DNA of 64,000 bases from a candidate division CPR2 bacterium GW2011_GWC2_39_35 (GTDB lineage: Bacteria > Patescibacteriota > CPR2). The notes beneath the pieces are model-generated. The model made no database searches, was not told where the DNA came from, and worked only from the letters and a program-made list of their open reading frames with translations. Of this stretch, positions 17,163 to 27,267 are shown piece by piece. The stretch spans positions 31,563-95,562 of the forward strand of contig LBWX01000001.1 in NCBI GenBank assembly GCA_000995065.1. The letters are read 5' to 3'. The translations under genes were made by a program, and so were the position numbers. Every line of letters starts with the position of its first letter. The stretch's first letter is position 1.

Positions 17163-18863
17163 ATGAAAAAGCCGGAAAAGAAAAAATGGGTGGAAAAAGG
17201 TGCGCCGGAAGATTATCTGCTAAAAGATTTTTTTCATCGAGTAATTGCCGATATATTTTACAATAGAGGTATTAATAATCTTAAAGAGGCCGAAGATTTT
17301 CTAAGCCCTGACTTTAAAAAGCTCCCTAGTCCCTACCTTATTCCCAATATCGAAAAGGCAGCAAAAAGAGTTCTTGGCGCTATCCATAAGAAAGAGCTAA
17401 TTTGCGTCTATGGCGATTACGACGTGGATGGTATTACATCTACCGCGCTTATTATTAATATTTTAGAACAACTTAAGGCAAATTATACTTACTATATACC
17501 ATCCAGGCTTAAAGAAGGTTACGGTCTAAATAAGCCAGCAATCTCAAAGCTTGCTATTGCGGGCGTCAAACTTATTATTACAGTAGATTGCGGTATTACG
17601 GCATTAAAAGAGGTTGAATTAGCTAGAGAAAAAGGAATTGACGTTATTATAACGGATCATCACGAAGTCCCGGAGATTCTTCCCAAAGCATACGCCATAG
17701 TTCATCCGGATTCTCCGGGAAGCAAATACCCGCATAAGAACTTAGCCGGGGTTGGAGTTGCCTTCAAGTTAGCACACGTCATATTAAACGAGGCTAAGTA
17801 TGAGAAGGCCGAAGAATACTTAAAGTGGTTGTTGGATTTGGTCGCATTAGGAACTATTGCGGATATAGTACCGCTTGTTGGCGAAAACCGAATTCTCGCT
17901 CACTATGGTCTTATTGTTCTTGGCAAGACCAAAAGGATTGGATTGGATTCGATGTATGAGTCTGCCGGGATTAAGAAAGAGGATGTGACTAGTTATAATG
18001 TTGCTTTTCAGATTGCGCCTCGTCTCAATGCGGCTGGTCGTATTACTCATGCCGAAGAAGGCCTAAAAATCCTTCTCTCTCAGGATAAAAAGGAAGCTAG
18101 TAAGTTAGCCGCACACCTATCCAGCCTAAACTCTAAAAGGCAGGAAACGACCAAAAGAATACTAGATGAGGCGTTAGAAATGATTGATCAGCTTCCTGAT
18201 GATCAGCGTTTTATAATACTATCGTCTAAGGAGTGGTCAAGCGGCGTTATTGGGATTGTCGCTTCTAAAATTATTGAAAGTTATTCGAGGCCGGTAATAT
18301 TGCTTCAGGAAACAGATGATTTGCTTCATGGTTCCGCAAGGTCAATTGAAGAAATGGATCTATATCAGGCTCTTAAGCAGTGCGAACAGCATTTAACAAA
18401 TTTTGGGGGACATAAAGGGGCTGCTGGTTTATCGCTTAAGAAAAATAAGCTCAAGGATTTAACTTTAAGCTTAGAAGAAATCGGGATTAAGATTTTAGAC
18501 CTCGAGTCATTACTGCCTTCAATAGATATAGAAACTTTAGTTTCTTTTTCCGAAATCAATGATTCGCTTTTTGAGACTTTAAGAAAATTAGCGCCGCATG
18601 GAGCCGGGAACCCAGTTCCGGTTTTTGCAACCAAAGATATCTTAGTAATTTCGGCAAATGCAGTTGGCGCAGAGAAAAAGCATCTAAAGTTAAGATTGTC
18701 CGACCTGGACGGCTATAGTTTTGAGGCGATTGGTTTTGGTATGGGCGATCTTTTATTAACCCCCGGTAGCAAGGTTGATCTAGTGTATAGGTTGCATGAA
18801 AACGTTTGGAATGGTAAAAAGAGTTTAGAGTTAATTGTATTAGACCTATGTATACAAGATTAG
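17163..18863 (+). CDS. recJ: ssDNA exonuclease RecJ
   Basis: GDYDVDG, EGYGLN, TVDCG, TDHH, LGTIADIVPL.GENR, PRLNAAGR, GSARS, FGGH.GAAG. Confidence 0.97.
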   Translation: MKKPEKKKWVEKGAPEDYLLKDFFHRVIADIFYNRGINNLKEAEDFLSPDFKKLPSPYLIPNIEKAAKRVLGAIHKKELICVYGDYDVDGITSTALIINILEQLKANYTYYIPSRLKEGYGLNKPAISKLAIAGVKLIITVDCGITALKEVELAREKGIDVIITDHHEVPEILPKAYAIVHPDSPGSKYPHKNLAGVGVAFKLAHVILNEAKYEKAEEYLKWLLDLVALGTIADIVPLVGENRILAHYGLIVLGKTKRIGLDSMYESAGIKKEDVTSYNVAFQIAPRLNAAGRITHAEEGLKILLSQDKKEASKLAAHLSSLNSKRQETTKRILDEALEMIDQLPDDQRFIILSSKEWSSGVIGIVASKIIESYSRPVILLQETDDLLHGSARSIEEMDLYQALKQCEQHLTNFGGHKGAAGLSLKKNKLKDLTLSLEEIGIKILDLESLLPSIDIETLVSFSEINDSLFETLRKLAPHGAGNPVPVFATKDILVISANAVGAEKKHLKLRLSDLDGYSFEAIGFGMGDLLLTPGSKVDLVYRLHENVWNGKKSLELIVLDLCIQD

Positions 18864-20980
18864 AAAAGGCAATCAGATCAAAGAAAATCATTTATAGCCC
18901 TAAAGTGCTTAAGCAGGCTTTTTTGTTTGCCGAAAAGGCTCATAAAGGCCAAAAAAGAGATTCTGGAGAGCCATATTTGAGCCATCCCTTTGAAGTAGCC
19001 ATGATATTAATAGAGATGGGGCTTGATGCAAACACGATTATTGCGGGCTTGCTGCATGATACAGTCGAGGACTCGGAGACAACCGAAGATGATATTAAAA
19101 ATAAATTTGGTGACGATGTAGCGAATCTTGTCTTGGGCGTTACAAAATTAGAAAAAATTAATTTTGTAAGAGATAAAGCTGCAGATAATTTGACGGAGAA
19201 AGAGGAAATAGAGATCGAAAATTTCCGCAAATTTTTCCTAGCGATGGCAAAAGATCCCCGTGTGGTTTTAATTAAGCTTGCGGATAGGCTCCATAATTTA
19301 AAAACTTTGTCACATAAAAATATCGAGAGTCAAGGAAGAATCGCCAGAGAAACATTAAATATTTTTGCACCTCTTGCGGACAGATTGGGGATGGGTCAGT
19401 TAAAGGCGGATTTAGAGGATCTGGCGTTTAGTTTTTATTTGCCCGAAGATTACAAAAATGTAAAAAAACTGGTGAGTGAAAGATTAGAAGATCGTAAAAA
19501 GTATGTAGATGAATTTAAAGAGATCTTAAAGAAGAACTTCCACAAATCTGGTGTTTCAGTAATTAGTATCGAGGGTAGGGCTAAACATTTTTATAGTATT
19601 TATAAAAAACTACAAAAAACAGAAGGCGATATTGATAAAATATATGACTTGATGGCAATAAGGATTATTGTTAGGGATGTTAGTAGTTGCTACAAGACTT
19701 TGGGAGCTATTCACCAAGGTTATAAGCCGCTCATCTATCGAATCAAGGACTACATTGCAGTTCCTAAACCCAATGGTTATCAGTCGCTTCATACTACAGT
19801 TTTTGGGCATGAAGGGCGAATCACGGAGGTTCAGATTAGAACAACGCAAATGCATCAAGAAGCGGAAATGGGAATAGCGGCGCATTGGCATTACAACCAG
19901 GCAAAGTCCAAGTTATTTGGTAGACGTTTGCAGTCGTCGCTGGCGCCAAAAAAAGAGTTGGATTGGGTTAAGCAGCTTGTAGAGGTTCAGAAAGATACCT
20001 CGTCTAGAGAATTTATAGAGTCCCTAAGGCTTGATTTCTTTAAGGATCGGATCTTTGTCTTTACTCCTATGGGCAACTTATTTAATTTACCGGAAGGTGC
20101 GACTCCCATTGATTTTGCTTATCAGATACATTCGGAGGTTGGAAACCACTGTATCGGTGCCAGGATAAATGGAAAAATCGTGAACTTGGACGCAAAGCTA
20201 GAAAACCGCGACATTGTGGAGATTCTAACGTCAAATAAGGCAAGGCCGCGGCGCGACTGGTTAAACTTTGTAAAGACTAGCACCACCAAGCAACATATTC
20301 GAGCGTGGTTTAGGATTCAATCGAGAGAAGAAAACTTAAAATCAGGCGAAGCGATTCTCCTTAAAGAGTTCAAAAATGTTGAGATTACCATTCAGAATAT
20401 AAAAGAAAAAAAGGTCCTAGAAGGCCTTAGCTTAAAAAATTTAGAAGAACTTTATGTAAAAATCGGAGAAGGTCAGATAACGGTCAAGCAAGTTATGCGA
20501 AAGATTTCTTTAACCGAAGAGCGCAAAGTGAAGACTAAAGAAGTTAAAAAGACGGTGGGGATCATAAAAGGGACGGAAGGCATCCGTTATCGTCTTGCAA
20601 GCTGTTGCTCGCCAAAGATTGGAGATATAATCGCTGGTTACGTCACCCAGGGCCAGGGCGTAAGTATTCACAAGAGGGGCTGTATCAACATCACAAATAA
20701 AGACAAGGATAAGTTTATAAGCGTCAGCTGGAAAAATACAAAAACTCTTTATCAAATTCCGATAATAATTAGAGCTAAAAACCGAGTTGGTCTTTTAAAA
20801 GACATTACGGTCTTGCTATCGGATAAAGATATTAATATTGGTCCTGTAAGAAGCAAACAGAATGGCGATATGTCGGAGATAGATATGATTTTGGAAATAG
20901 AAAAGCCAAATGTGATCCCCCCTGTTTTAAAAAGTATAATGGCTATTAAAGATGTGCGGGATGTAAAAAGAGGTGGATAA
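18848..20980 (+). CDS. relA: Bifunctional (p)ppGpp synthetase/hydrolase (long RSH, Rel)
   Basis: HDTVED HD domain, KLADRLHN, RIKDYIAVPKPNGYQSLHT, EVQIRT, TGS and ACT domains. Confidence 0.96.
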   Translation: MYTRLEKAIRSKKIIYSPKVLKQAFLFAEKAHKGQKRDSGEPYLSHPFEVAMILIEMGLDANTIIAGLLHDTVEDSETTEDDIKNKFGDDVANLVLGVTKLEKINFVRDKAADNLTEKEEIEIENFRKFFLAMAKDPRVVLIKLADRLHNLKTLSHKNIESQGRIARETLNIFAPLADRLGMGQLKADLEDLAFSFYLPEDYKNVKKLVSERLEDRKKYVDEFKEILKKNFHKSGVSVISIEGRAKHFYSIYKKLQKTEGDIDKIYDLMAIRIIVRDVSSCYKTLGAIHQGYKPLIYRIKDYIAVPKPNGYQSLHTTVFGHEGRITEVQIRTTQMHQEAEMGIAAHWHYNQAKSKLFGRRLQSSLAPKKELDWVKQLVEVQKDTSSREFIESLRLDFFKDRIFVFTPMGNLFNLPEGATPIDFAYQIHSEVGNHCIGARINGKIVNLDAKLENRDIVEILTSNKARPRRDWLNFVKTSTTKQHIRAWFRIQSREENLKSGEAILLKEFKNVEITIQNIKEKKVLEGLSLKNLEELYVKIGEGQITVKQVMRKISLTEERKVKTKEVKKTVGIIKGTEGIRYRLASCCSPKIGDIIAGYVTQGQGVSIHKRGCINITNKDKDKFISVSWKNTKTLYQIPIIIRAKNRVGLLKDITVLLSDKDINIGPVRSKQNGDMSEIDMILEIEKPNVIPPVLKSIMAIKDVRDVKRGG

Positions 20981-21035
20981 AAGCTTGTTAAAAAAGAAAA
21001 ACTATGTTATTTTCGTATAGTAAATTTTAAAAATT

Positions 21036-22313
21036 ATGTCAAAAAAGACTATCCAGAAACCAAGAGGAACTCAAGATATTTTACCCCAAGACCAAAAGTA
21101 TTGGGATTTTATTGTCGGAGCGTTTTCCGGGTCAGCTCTTAATGCTGGATTTAAAAGAATTATTACTCCGACTTTTGAAGATACGGCCCTTTTCGAAAGA
21201 GGCGTTGGTAGCGGCACTGATATTGTGGAAAAAGAAATGTATACTTTTAAGGATCGATCCGAGAATTCAATCACTTTGCGGCCGGAAGGTACGGCGCCTG
21301 TAGTGAGAGCATATTTGGAAGACGGATTTGTGGCTGAGCCTCATCCTGTAAAATTTTACTACATTAACTCGACATTTAGATACGAAAGGCCGCAAGCGGG
21401 TAGATTCAGAGAACATCATCAGTTTGGAGCCGAAATTATTGGCGACGGTAATCCATTGCTTGATGTCGAGATTATCTCCATGGCTTGGAGAACGTATAAA
21501 GCGCTTGGTTTAAGTAACATCTCTCTTCAGTTAAACAGTATTGGCTGTGTTGCATGCAGACCTCAATATCTGAGAAGTCTTAAAAATTATTACAAAGAAC
21601 ATGCAAAATTGATTTGCGAGGATTGTGCGAAGCGGCTTGAGAAAAACCCTTTAAGACTTTTAGATTGCAAGGAAAATGCCTGCATGGCGCTTGCCGAGGA
21701 GGCTCCTCAGCTTATAAACGCCTTATGTCCTGATTGCCACGATCATTTTCGAACAATTTTGGAGCTTCTAGACGACCTACAAATACCTTACAATCTTAAT
21801 ACAAAGATCGTAAGAGGCTTAGATTATTATACGAGGACCGTATTCGAGGTTTGGTTTCAAGTAGAAGGTTTCGGCTCGCAAAATGCAATTGGTGGTGGTG
21901 GACGTTATGATCTCTTAGTTGAGATGCTTGGGGGCAAACCCACGCCGGGTGTTGGCTTTGGAGTTGGGATCGAGAGATTAATGCTCGCCTTAAAACAGGA
22001 GGGAGTAAATGTGCCGGAATTAAACCTTCCTAAAATTTATGTAGCTCAATTGGGAGATGCGGCCAGAAAGCAAGCCTTTATTCTAGCTCAGGATCTATTA
22101 AACGAGGGCATGCCGGTTGTTGGAAAATTTGACAAGATGTCGGTTGGGGAGCAGCTAAGAGAGGCAAGTGAGCTCAAAGTTCCATATGCTATCATAATTG
22201 GGCAGAAGGAAGTTATTAATAGTACGGTGATTATTAAGGATATGTATACCGGTTTTCAAGAGATTATACCTACCGACAAAGCGGTTTCGGAGATTATAAA
22301 GAGACTAATGTGA
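21036..22313 (+). CDS. hisS: Histidine--tRNA ligase
   Basis: PRGTQD, LRPEGTA, FRYERPQAGRFREHHQ, VRGLDYY, GGGRYD, GIERL. Confidence 0.98.
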   Translation: MSKKTIQKPRGTQDILPQDQKYWDFIVGAFSGSALNAGFKRIITPTFEDTALFERGVGSGTDIVEKEMYTFKDRSENSITLRPEGTAPVVRAYLEDGFVAEPHPVKFYYINSTFRYERPQAGRFREHHQFGAEIIGDGNPLLDVEIISMAWRTYKALGLSNISLQLNSIGCVACRPQYLRSLKNYYKEHAKLICEDCAKRLEKNPLRLLDCKENACMALAEEAPQLINALCPDCHDHFRTILELLDDLQIPYNLNTKIVRGLDYYTRTVFEVWFQVEGFGSQNAIGGGGRYDLLVEMLGGKPTPGVGFGVGIERLMLALKQEGVNVPELNLPKIYVAQLGDAARKQAFILAQDLLNEGMPVVGKFDKMSVGEQLREASELKVPYAIIIGQKEVINSTVIIKDMYTGFQEIIPTDKAVSEIIKRLM

Positions 22314-23542
22314 AAAAGGTAAAATTTATCAGTTTGGGTTGCCGATTGAATAAGGCAGAGACTGATTCAATAATAAACCAAATCAGAGGCCGCTTCGAAA
22401 TTACGAATTCCGAGGCGGATATTTATATAGTTAATACATGTGCCGTTACTATCAGTGCCTCTCAGAAGTCAAGAAGGCTGATAAGGGCAATTAAGGACAA
22501 AAACCCGAAAAGCAAGGTGGTTGTAATCGGGTGTGCAGCCTCAGAAATAGAGGAATTAAATATATCCGCAGATCACATCTTCTCCAAAGAGAAACAAAAC
22601 GAAGTGAGTAATAAACTTATTCAAATGTATGGCAAAAAACAGACGTTGTTGAGCGGTAATAACGATGAGGTAAGTTTGTATGCTAGGCCATTAATAAAGA
22701 TTCAGGACGGTTGCGATAACTTTTGCAGTTATTGTATTGTTCCTATGTTAAGAGGCAGAGGGCATAGCGAAAAATTGGCTGCTATTATCGATAAAGTAAA
22801 GGAGCTTGAACAACTTGATTATTCAGAAATAGTTCTTACGGGAGTGAATATTGGCCACTATAAAGATGGGCATAATGATTTGATGATGCTTCTTAGTTCC
22901 TTACTTCGGGAGACAAGTAAATTAAGAATCCGTTTGAGTTCTATAAATCCGAATGACATTTCTGAGGATCTAATAAATGTCTTAGCCAGTGAACGAATAT
23001 GCGAGCATATTCATCTGTCGCTGCAGAGTGGAAGTGATACGGTTTTAAAACGAATGAATCGTCGATATGATAGTGCGTTGTATAAGGATATTGTAATTAA
23101 GTTAAGAGCCGTTAAGCCCAATATTGCAATCACAACTGATATTATTGTTGGATTTCCAGGAGAAACAGAAGGTGAATTCAAAGAAACCTTAGAATTTGTT
23201 AAGGAGATAAAATTTGCAAAGATCCACATATTTAGGTATTCAAAAAGACCGGGAACGGCGGCCTGCAATATGCCTGATCAGCAAAATGATGAGATAAAAA
23301 GATTAAGAGCTCACGAATTAGGTCTCGCAGCAAATAAATTGCGGAACGATTATTTAATGAAATCCATTGGAAGTGAACTAGAAGTGGTTTTTGAAGGCAG
23401 GGCCAAGGGAATGTATAAGGGAACTTCGTCGAACTATATTGATGTGCTTGTTAACACAAATCAGCCGCTTCGCGGACGACTTTGTAGGGTTTATGTCCTT
23501 CGAGCGGCTGATTCTTTTGTTGTGGCGCGCTTAGTAGCCTAG
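22310..23542 (+). CDS. mtaB: tRNA t6A methylthiotransferase (MtaB-like radical SAM)
   Basis: LGCRLN, NTCAVT, KIQDGCDNFCSYC, LSLQSGSD, DIIVGFPGET. Confidence 0.88.
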   Translation: MKKVKFISLGCRLNKAETDSIINQIRGRFEITNSEADIYIVNTCAVTISASQKSRRLIRAIKDKNPKSKVVVIGCAASEIEELNISADHIFSKEKQNEVSNKLIQMYGKKQTLLSGNNDEVSLYARPLIKIQDGCDNFCSYCIVPMLRGRGHSEKLAAIIDKVKELEQLDYSEIVLTGVNIGHYKDGHNDLMMLLSSLLRETSKLRIRLSSINPNDISEDLINVLASERICEHIHLSLQSGSDTVLKRMNRRYDSALYKDIVIKLRAVKPNIAITTDIIVGFPGETEGEFKETLEFVKEIKFAKIHIFRYSKRPGTAACNMPDQQNDEIKRLRAHELGLAANKLRNDYLMKSIGSELEVVFEGRAKGMYKGTSSNYIDVLVNTNQPLRGRLCRVYVLRAADSFVVARLVA

Positions 23543-24163
23543 CTTATGAGCAATGCCTTGAACGTGATTTACATACTCCATGCTATGGTTATAGCGGAAT
23601 AATGCATTGGTTACATTTCCATTGGCGGCACCGTTTGCCTTAAGATAGTTTGCGGCAGCGAAAACGGCATCATTTACGTTGTGGATGTTGGTAGTACCAT
23701 CACCATCACCATCCTGGCCATAGGCTCTAAAGGTTCCAGGCATAAACTGCATGGGGCCCATAGCGCCGGCATAGGAGGCAACAGTAGTGTTGCCCGATTG
23801 ATGAGTTTCTACAACGTGTACGGCAGCAATAACTTGCCACGGAACACCATATTTTTCAGAAGCCTTTTTGTAAAGGTTGGCAAACTGAGACTTATAACCA
23901 GCCTTAGCTAAGTTATCCTCAACAGATTGGTTCTTCTGGATGGTGTCGTTTGAAACGACGACTTGTTTTTTAAAGTTTTCTAATGATTGGTTTTGAAGTA
24001 ACTGAATTTGGTAATCGTATCTCTCGTCAACTTCGGTTCTTTCAGCTACGTTTTTTACTGCAACTGGTAGTTTTAAGGTTTGTTTTTGAGCATTAGCGGC
24101 ATTTACAGAGCCGCTGTTCATGACCAGGCCTAAAATAATAATGGCCATTGTCATTTTACGCAT
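23531..24163 (-). CDS. Secreted lytic transglycosylase (SLT family)
   Basis: Signal peptide; YGVPW..AA...VET, SYAGAMGPMQFMPGTF, DGDGDG, AAANYL, YNHS..YV. Confidence 0.92.
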   Translation of the reverse strand: MRKMTMAIIILGLVMNSGSVNAANAQKQTLKLPVAVKNVAERTEVDERYDYQIQLLQNQSLENFKKQVVVSNDTIQKNQSVEDNLAKAGYKSQFANLYKKASEKYGVPWQVIAAVHVVETHQSGNTTVASYAGAMGPMQFMPGTFRAYGQDGDGDGTTNIHNVNDAVFAAANYLKANGAANGNVTNALFRYNHSMEYVNHVQGIAHKLGY

Positions 24164-24228
24164 GTGAAGTTAACCTTCCTTTCCACCCTCCTGAGATAGA
24201 AATTAACCTACCTCATGAGACGGGTAGC

Positions 24229-24257
24229 ATTGTATCATAAAAGGATAAATTTGTCAA
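24229..24257 (-). promoter_or_regulatory. Sigma70 promoter of the SLT gene
   Basis: Minus strand TTGACA, 17 bp, TG-extended TACAAT. Confidence 0.75.
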
Positions 24258-24324
24258 GTAGTTTATCCAAAAGAGCTAGTAAATTTAGGTATTTTATCTT
24301 AGGAGATTGTAGTATAATTTCGTT

Positions 24325-24669
24325 ATGGAGAAATGCATATTTGATCAAATAGTCGAAGGAAAGATTCCTTCTAAGAAGGTTTGGGAAAGTGATTCTGTAC
24401 TTGCCTTCTGGGACATAAGCCCAGTTGCTCCGATACACGTTTTAATTATTCCCAAGAAGCATCTTCAGGATCTAAATAGTGTAACTCAAAATGACAAAGA
24501 AATATTAGGGGATTTGATGTTGGCAGTTCCGGAGGTTGCCAAGAAATTAGGAGTTAAGGACAGTGGCTACCGAATTATTATTAACAATGGTGAGCATGCA
24601 GGACAATTGGTTCCGCATATCCATATTCACCTACTTGCTGGAAAAAATCTCGGTCCAAAGATTATATAA
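24325..24669 (+). CDS. hinT: Histidine triad nucleotide-binding protein
   Basis: CIF..I, DISPVAPIHVLIIPKKH, GQLVPHIHIHLL. Confidence 0.93.
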   Translation: MEKCIFDQIVEGKIPSKKVWESDSVLAFWDISPVAPIHVLIIPKKHLQDLNSVTQNDKEILGDLMLAVPEVAKKLGVKDSGYRIIINNGEHAGQLVPHIHIHLLAGKNLGPKII

Positions 24670-24747
24670 ATTATTAAATATATATTGCTTAAAAGTGCAT
24701 TTTGAAGTATAATTAATTCGAAACACTCGTAAAGGAGGTGATTTTTT

Positions 24748-24957
24748 TTGGCTGAAGTAACCAGAAAAGAACAAGAAACGTTCGAAAATCTACTTCGCAG
24801 ATTCAACAGAAAAGTACAGCAAAACGGGATACTTCCGATTGCTAGAAAAAAACAGTATTTTACAAAACCGCTTTCTAAGAAGGAACAGCGGGAGATTGCT
24901 ATTAGAAAAAGAGCGAAAAAAGAAGCAAAACTAAAGCAGATAATTAGAGGATTTTGA
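24748..24957 (+). CDS. rpsU: 30S ribosomal protein S21
   Basis: ETFENLLRRFNRKVQ, YFTKP; SD AAGGAGGT, TTG start. Confidence 0.92.
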   Translation: MAEVTRKEQETFENLLRRFNRKVQQNGILPIARKKQYFTKPLSKKEQREIAIRKRAKKEAKLKQIIRGF

Positions 24958-25394
24958 TGTTAGTTGATAAAATCAATATCGAGCTAAAAGAGGCTTTAAA
25001 AAATAGAAGAGAAAAGGAATTAAGTGTCTTGAGGCTTATTAAATCGGCCTTAAAGAATGAAGAAATTTCAAAAAAGCATCCTTTATCTGAGGAGGAAGCG
25101 ATCTATATATTGGATCGTCAAGCTAAGCAAAGAGAAGATGCGATTTTAGCGTACGAAAAAGCTGGAAGAACGGATCTAGCCGAGAAAGAACAGCAGGAGC
25201 TTTTAATTATCAGTAAATATCGACCCAAAAAGATGGGTGAAGACGAGGTAATAGCAGAAGTAAAGAAGGTCTTAGAGGGACTTGGGGCAAGTGATTTTGG
25301 ACAGGCTATGAAACAAGTAATGTCCGAACTCAAAGGGAAGGCCGATGGAAGGCTTGTCTCTGAAATTGTAAAAGCTGAATTTAATAAAAAATGA
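24954..25394 (+). CDS. GatB/YqeY domain protein
   Basis: LR..KSAL.NEEI, KQREDA...Y..AGR.DL...E..E, GKADG; follows rpsU. Confidence 0.92.
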   Translation: MMLVDKINIELKEALKNRREKELSVLRLIKSALKNEEISKKHPLSEEEAIYILDRQAKQREDAILAYEKAGRTDLAEKEQQELLIISKYRPKKMGEDEVIAEVKKVLEGLGASDFGQAMKQVMSELKGKADGRLVSEIVKAEFNKK

Positions 25395-25840
25395 TCAATT
25401 TTATAATTTATAATTTGCCTGAGGGCTTAAGCGAAGCCTTCATCCAAAACGTTGCTAATCAGATTTCTAAAACACTAAATAAAAGCGACATTATTGAAGT
25501 AAATTTTATCTCTAAAGAAGAAATTAAGCACTTAAATAAGGATTATCGAGGTAAAAACATGGAGACCGATGTTCTGTCCTTTAGTTTTACGGAGTCCAGA
25601 GGGGAACGCATAGAAGAAAAAAACGAAGTTGCTGGTCAAATTTTTATATGTTACGATATAGCACGGGAACAAGCAATAGAGCACGAATGGAGCCTCGAAA
25701 ATGAATTAGCCCTTCTCATGATTCACGGGGCTTTACATATTTATGGTTATGATCATGAAAACGAGCAAGAATATATGCAGATGGTTAAAAAAGAAAATGA
25801 GATACTTAAAAATTTAAAGCTGAGGGAATATGAATCCTAA
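25391..25840 (+). CDS. ybeY: rRNA maturation endoribonuclease YbeY
   Basis: LN..YRGK...TDVLSF, HGALHIYGYDH. Confidence 0.95.
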   Translation: MINFIIYNLPEGLSEAFIQNVANQISKTLNKSDIIEVNFISKEEIKHLNKDYRGKNMETDVLSFSFTESRGERIEEKNEVAGQIFICYDIAREQAIEHEWSLENELALLMIHGALHIYGYDHENEQEYMQMVKKENEILKNLKLREYES

Positions 25841-26471
25841 TCCTAATCTAATTATTTTTGGCCCTCCGGGCGCTGGCAAAGACACACAAGTAGAAGTACT
25901 ACTTAAGAAACTAGATATTGTACCGATTGAAACAGGGGCAATTATTAGGGATATGGTCAAATCTGACTCCAAAATTGCAGAAGAAATTAAAAATACGATC
26001 GCACGGGGCGATTTGGTAAATGATTCATTAATGGAAGCCATCATTAAGGATAAACTTGATGAAGTTCCAACGGAGAGAGGTACAATATTTGACGGGTTTC
26101 CTCGAACCATAAAGCAAGCCGAGACTCTTCATGTGTTATTGTCATTTGTCGGGAGAAAGATAGATAAGGTTTTGTTCTTAGATGTGCCTGAAGAAGTACT
26201 GATCGAGCGTTTGACACAACGAAAAATCTGCGGATCATGCGGGAAAACAGCGTTTCCTCACGAAGAGAGATGTTCGCAGTGCGGAGGAGAGCTTGTTAAG
26301 CGAATTGATGATAATATAGAGTCAATTAAAGCTAGGATAGTTAACTATCGTGCCAAAACTGCCCCAATTATAGCTTTTTATGAAAAAAGAGGTTTAATTT
26401 TTAAAATAAATGGCAATCAAAAGCCTCAAGATGTAACAAGCGAATTGTTAACAGGACTCGGGATTGATTAG
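25830..26471 (+). CDS. adk: Adenylate kinase (Zn-LID type)
   Basis: GPPGAGKDTQ, DGFPRT, CxxC...CxxC LID, R.DD. Confidence 0.95.
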   Translation: MNPNPNLIIFGPPGAGKDTQVEVLLKKLDIVPIETGAIIRDMVKSDSKIAEEIKNTIARGDLVNDSLMEAIIKDKLDEVPTERGTIFDGFPRTIKQAETLHVLLSFVGRKIDKVLFLDVPEEVLIERLTQRKICGSCGKTAFPHEERCSQCGGELVKRIDDNIESIKARIVNYRAKTAPIIAFYEKRGLIFKINGNQKPQDVTSELLTGLGID

Positions 26472-27207
26472 CATTAAGACATCAAATGAAATAAAGACAA
26501 TGAGAAGGGGTGGTCGAATTCTAGCGGTCACCCTTAAAGAGCTGTCAAATATTGCGAAACCTGGGATGAAGCTTTCCAAGATCGACAAAATAGCGCATGA
26601 CCTCATCACAAAATCCGGGGGACAGCCATCTTTCTTAAATTATAATGGATATCCGGGCTCTATGTGTGCTTCTATAAATGATGAAGTAGTGCATGGTTTA
26701 CCAAGAGAAACTAAACTTCGAGATGGCGATATTTTTTCGATTGATTGCGGTGTCTATTTTGAAGGGTACCACACAGACAGCGCAATAACTATTCCGATCG
26801 GAAAGATTGGTAAGGATGCGATTAATTTAATTTCTATCACAAGAAATGCTCTCTATAAAGGCATAGATATAATAAGACCAGGCATTTATTTAGGCGATGT
26901 TTCCGCAGCGATTCAAAGAGAAGTCGAAAGCGCCGGAATGGGTGTGGTCAAGGATTTGGTGGGACATGGGATCGGTAAAGAACTGCATGAGGAACCTCAA
27001 ATTCCAAATTTTGGTAAAAGGGGCACAGGAATTATCTTAAGAGAGGGGATGACACTTGCGATTGAGCCAATGGTAACCCTTGGCAGGCCCGAAATAAAGG
27101 TGGGGAAAGATAATTGGACTATATTTACAGTAGATGGTAGTCTATCTGCACATTTTGAACACACGATTTGTGTTACCAAAGAAGGCTCTGAAATACTTAC
27201 GAAGTAA
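26464..27207 (+). CDS. map: Methionine aminopeptidase type I
   Basis: SINDEVVHG, DCG..DSA, GHGIG..LHEEP, AIEPM, SAHFEHT. Confidence 0.97.
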   Translation: MISIKTSNEIKTMRRGGRILAVTLKELSNIAKPGMKLSKIDKIAHDLITKSGGQPSFLNYNGYPGSMCASINDEVVHGLPRETKLRDGDIFSIDCGVYFEGYHTDSAITIPIGKIGKDAINLISITRNALYKGIDIIRPGIYLGDVSAAIQREVESAGMGVVKDLVGHGIGKELHEEPQIPNFGKRGTGIILREGMTLAIEPMVTLGRPEIKVGKDNWTIFTVDGSLSAHFEHTICVTKEGSEILTK

Positions 27208-27267
27208 TCCTAAAAACATTGGCATTAATCTTAAATAAAGCTATAATTTGATAAGTAAGGAGTTAGC

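Noticed and set aside
24164-24228. c-di-AMP (ydaO) riboswitch upstream of the lytic transglycosylase
   Set aside because: The predicted 5' UTR is only about 60 nt with one small hairpin, too short for the aptamer
24748-24957. Alternative genetic code 25 (TGA=Gly)
   Set aside because: rpsU and infB end at TGA at expected lengths, and conserved genes have no internal TGA
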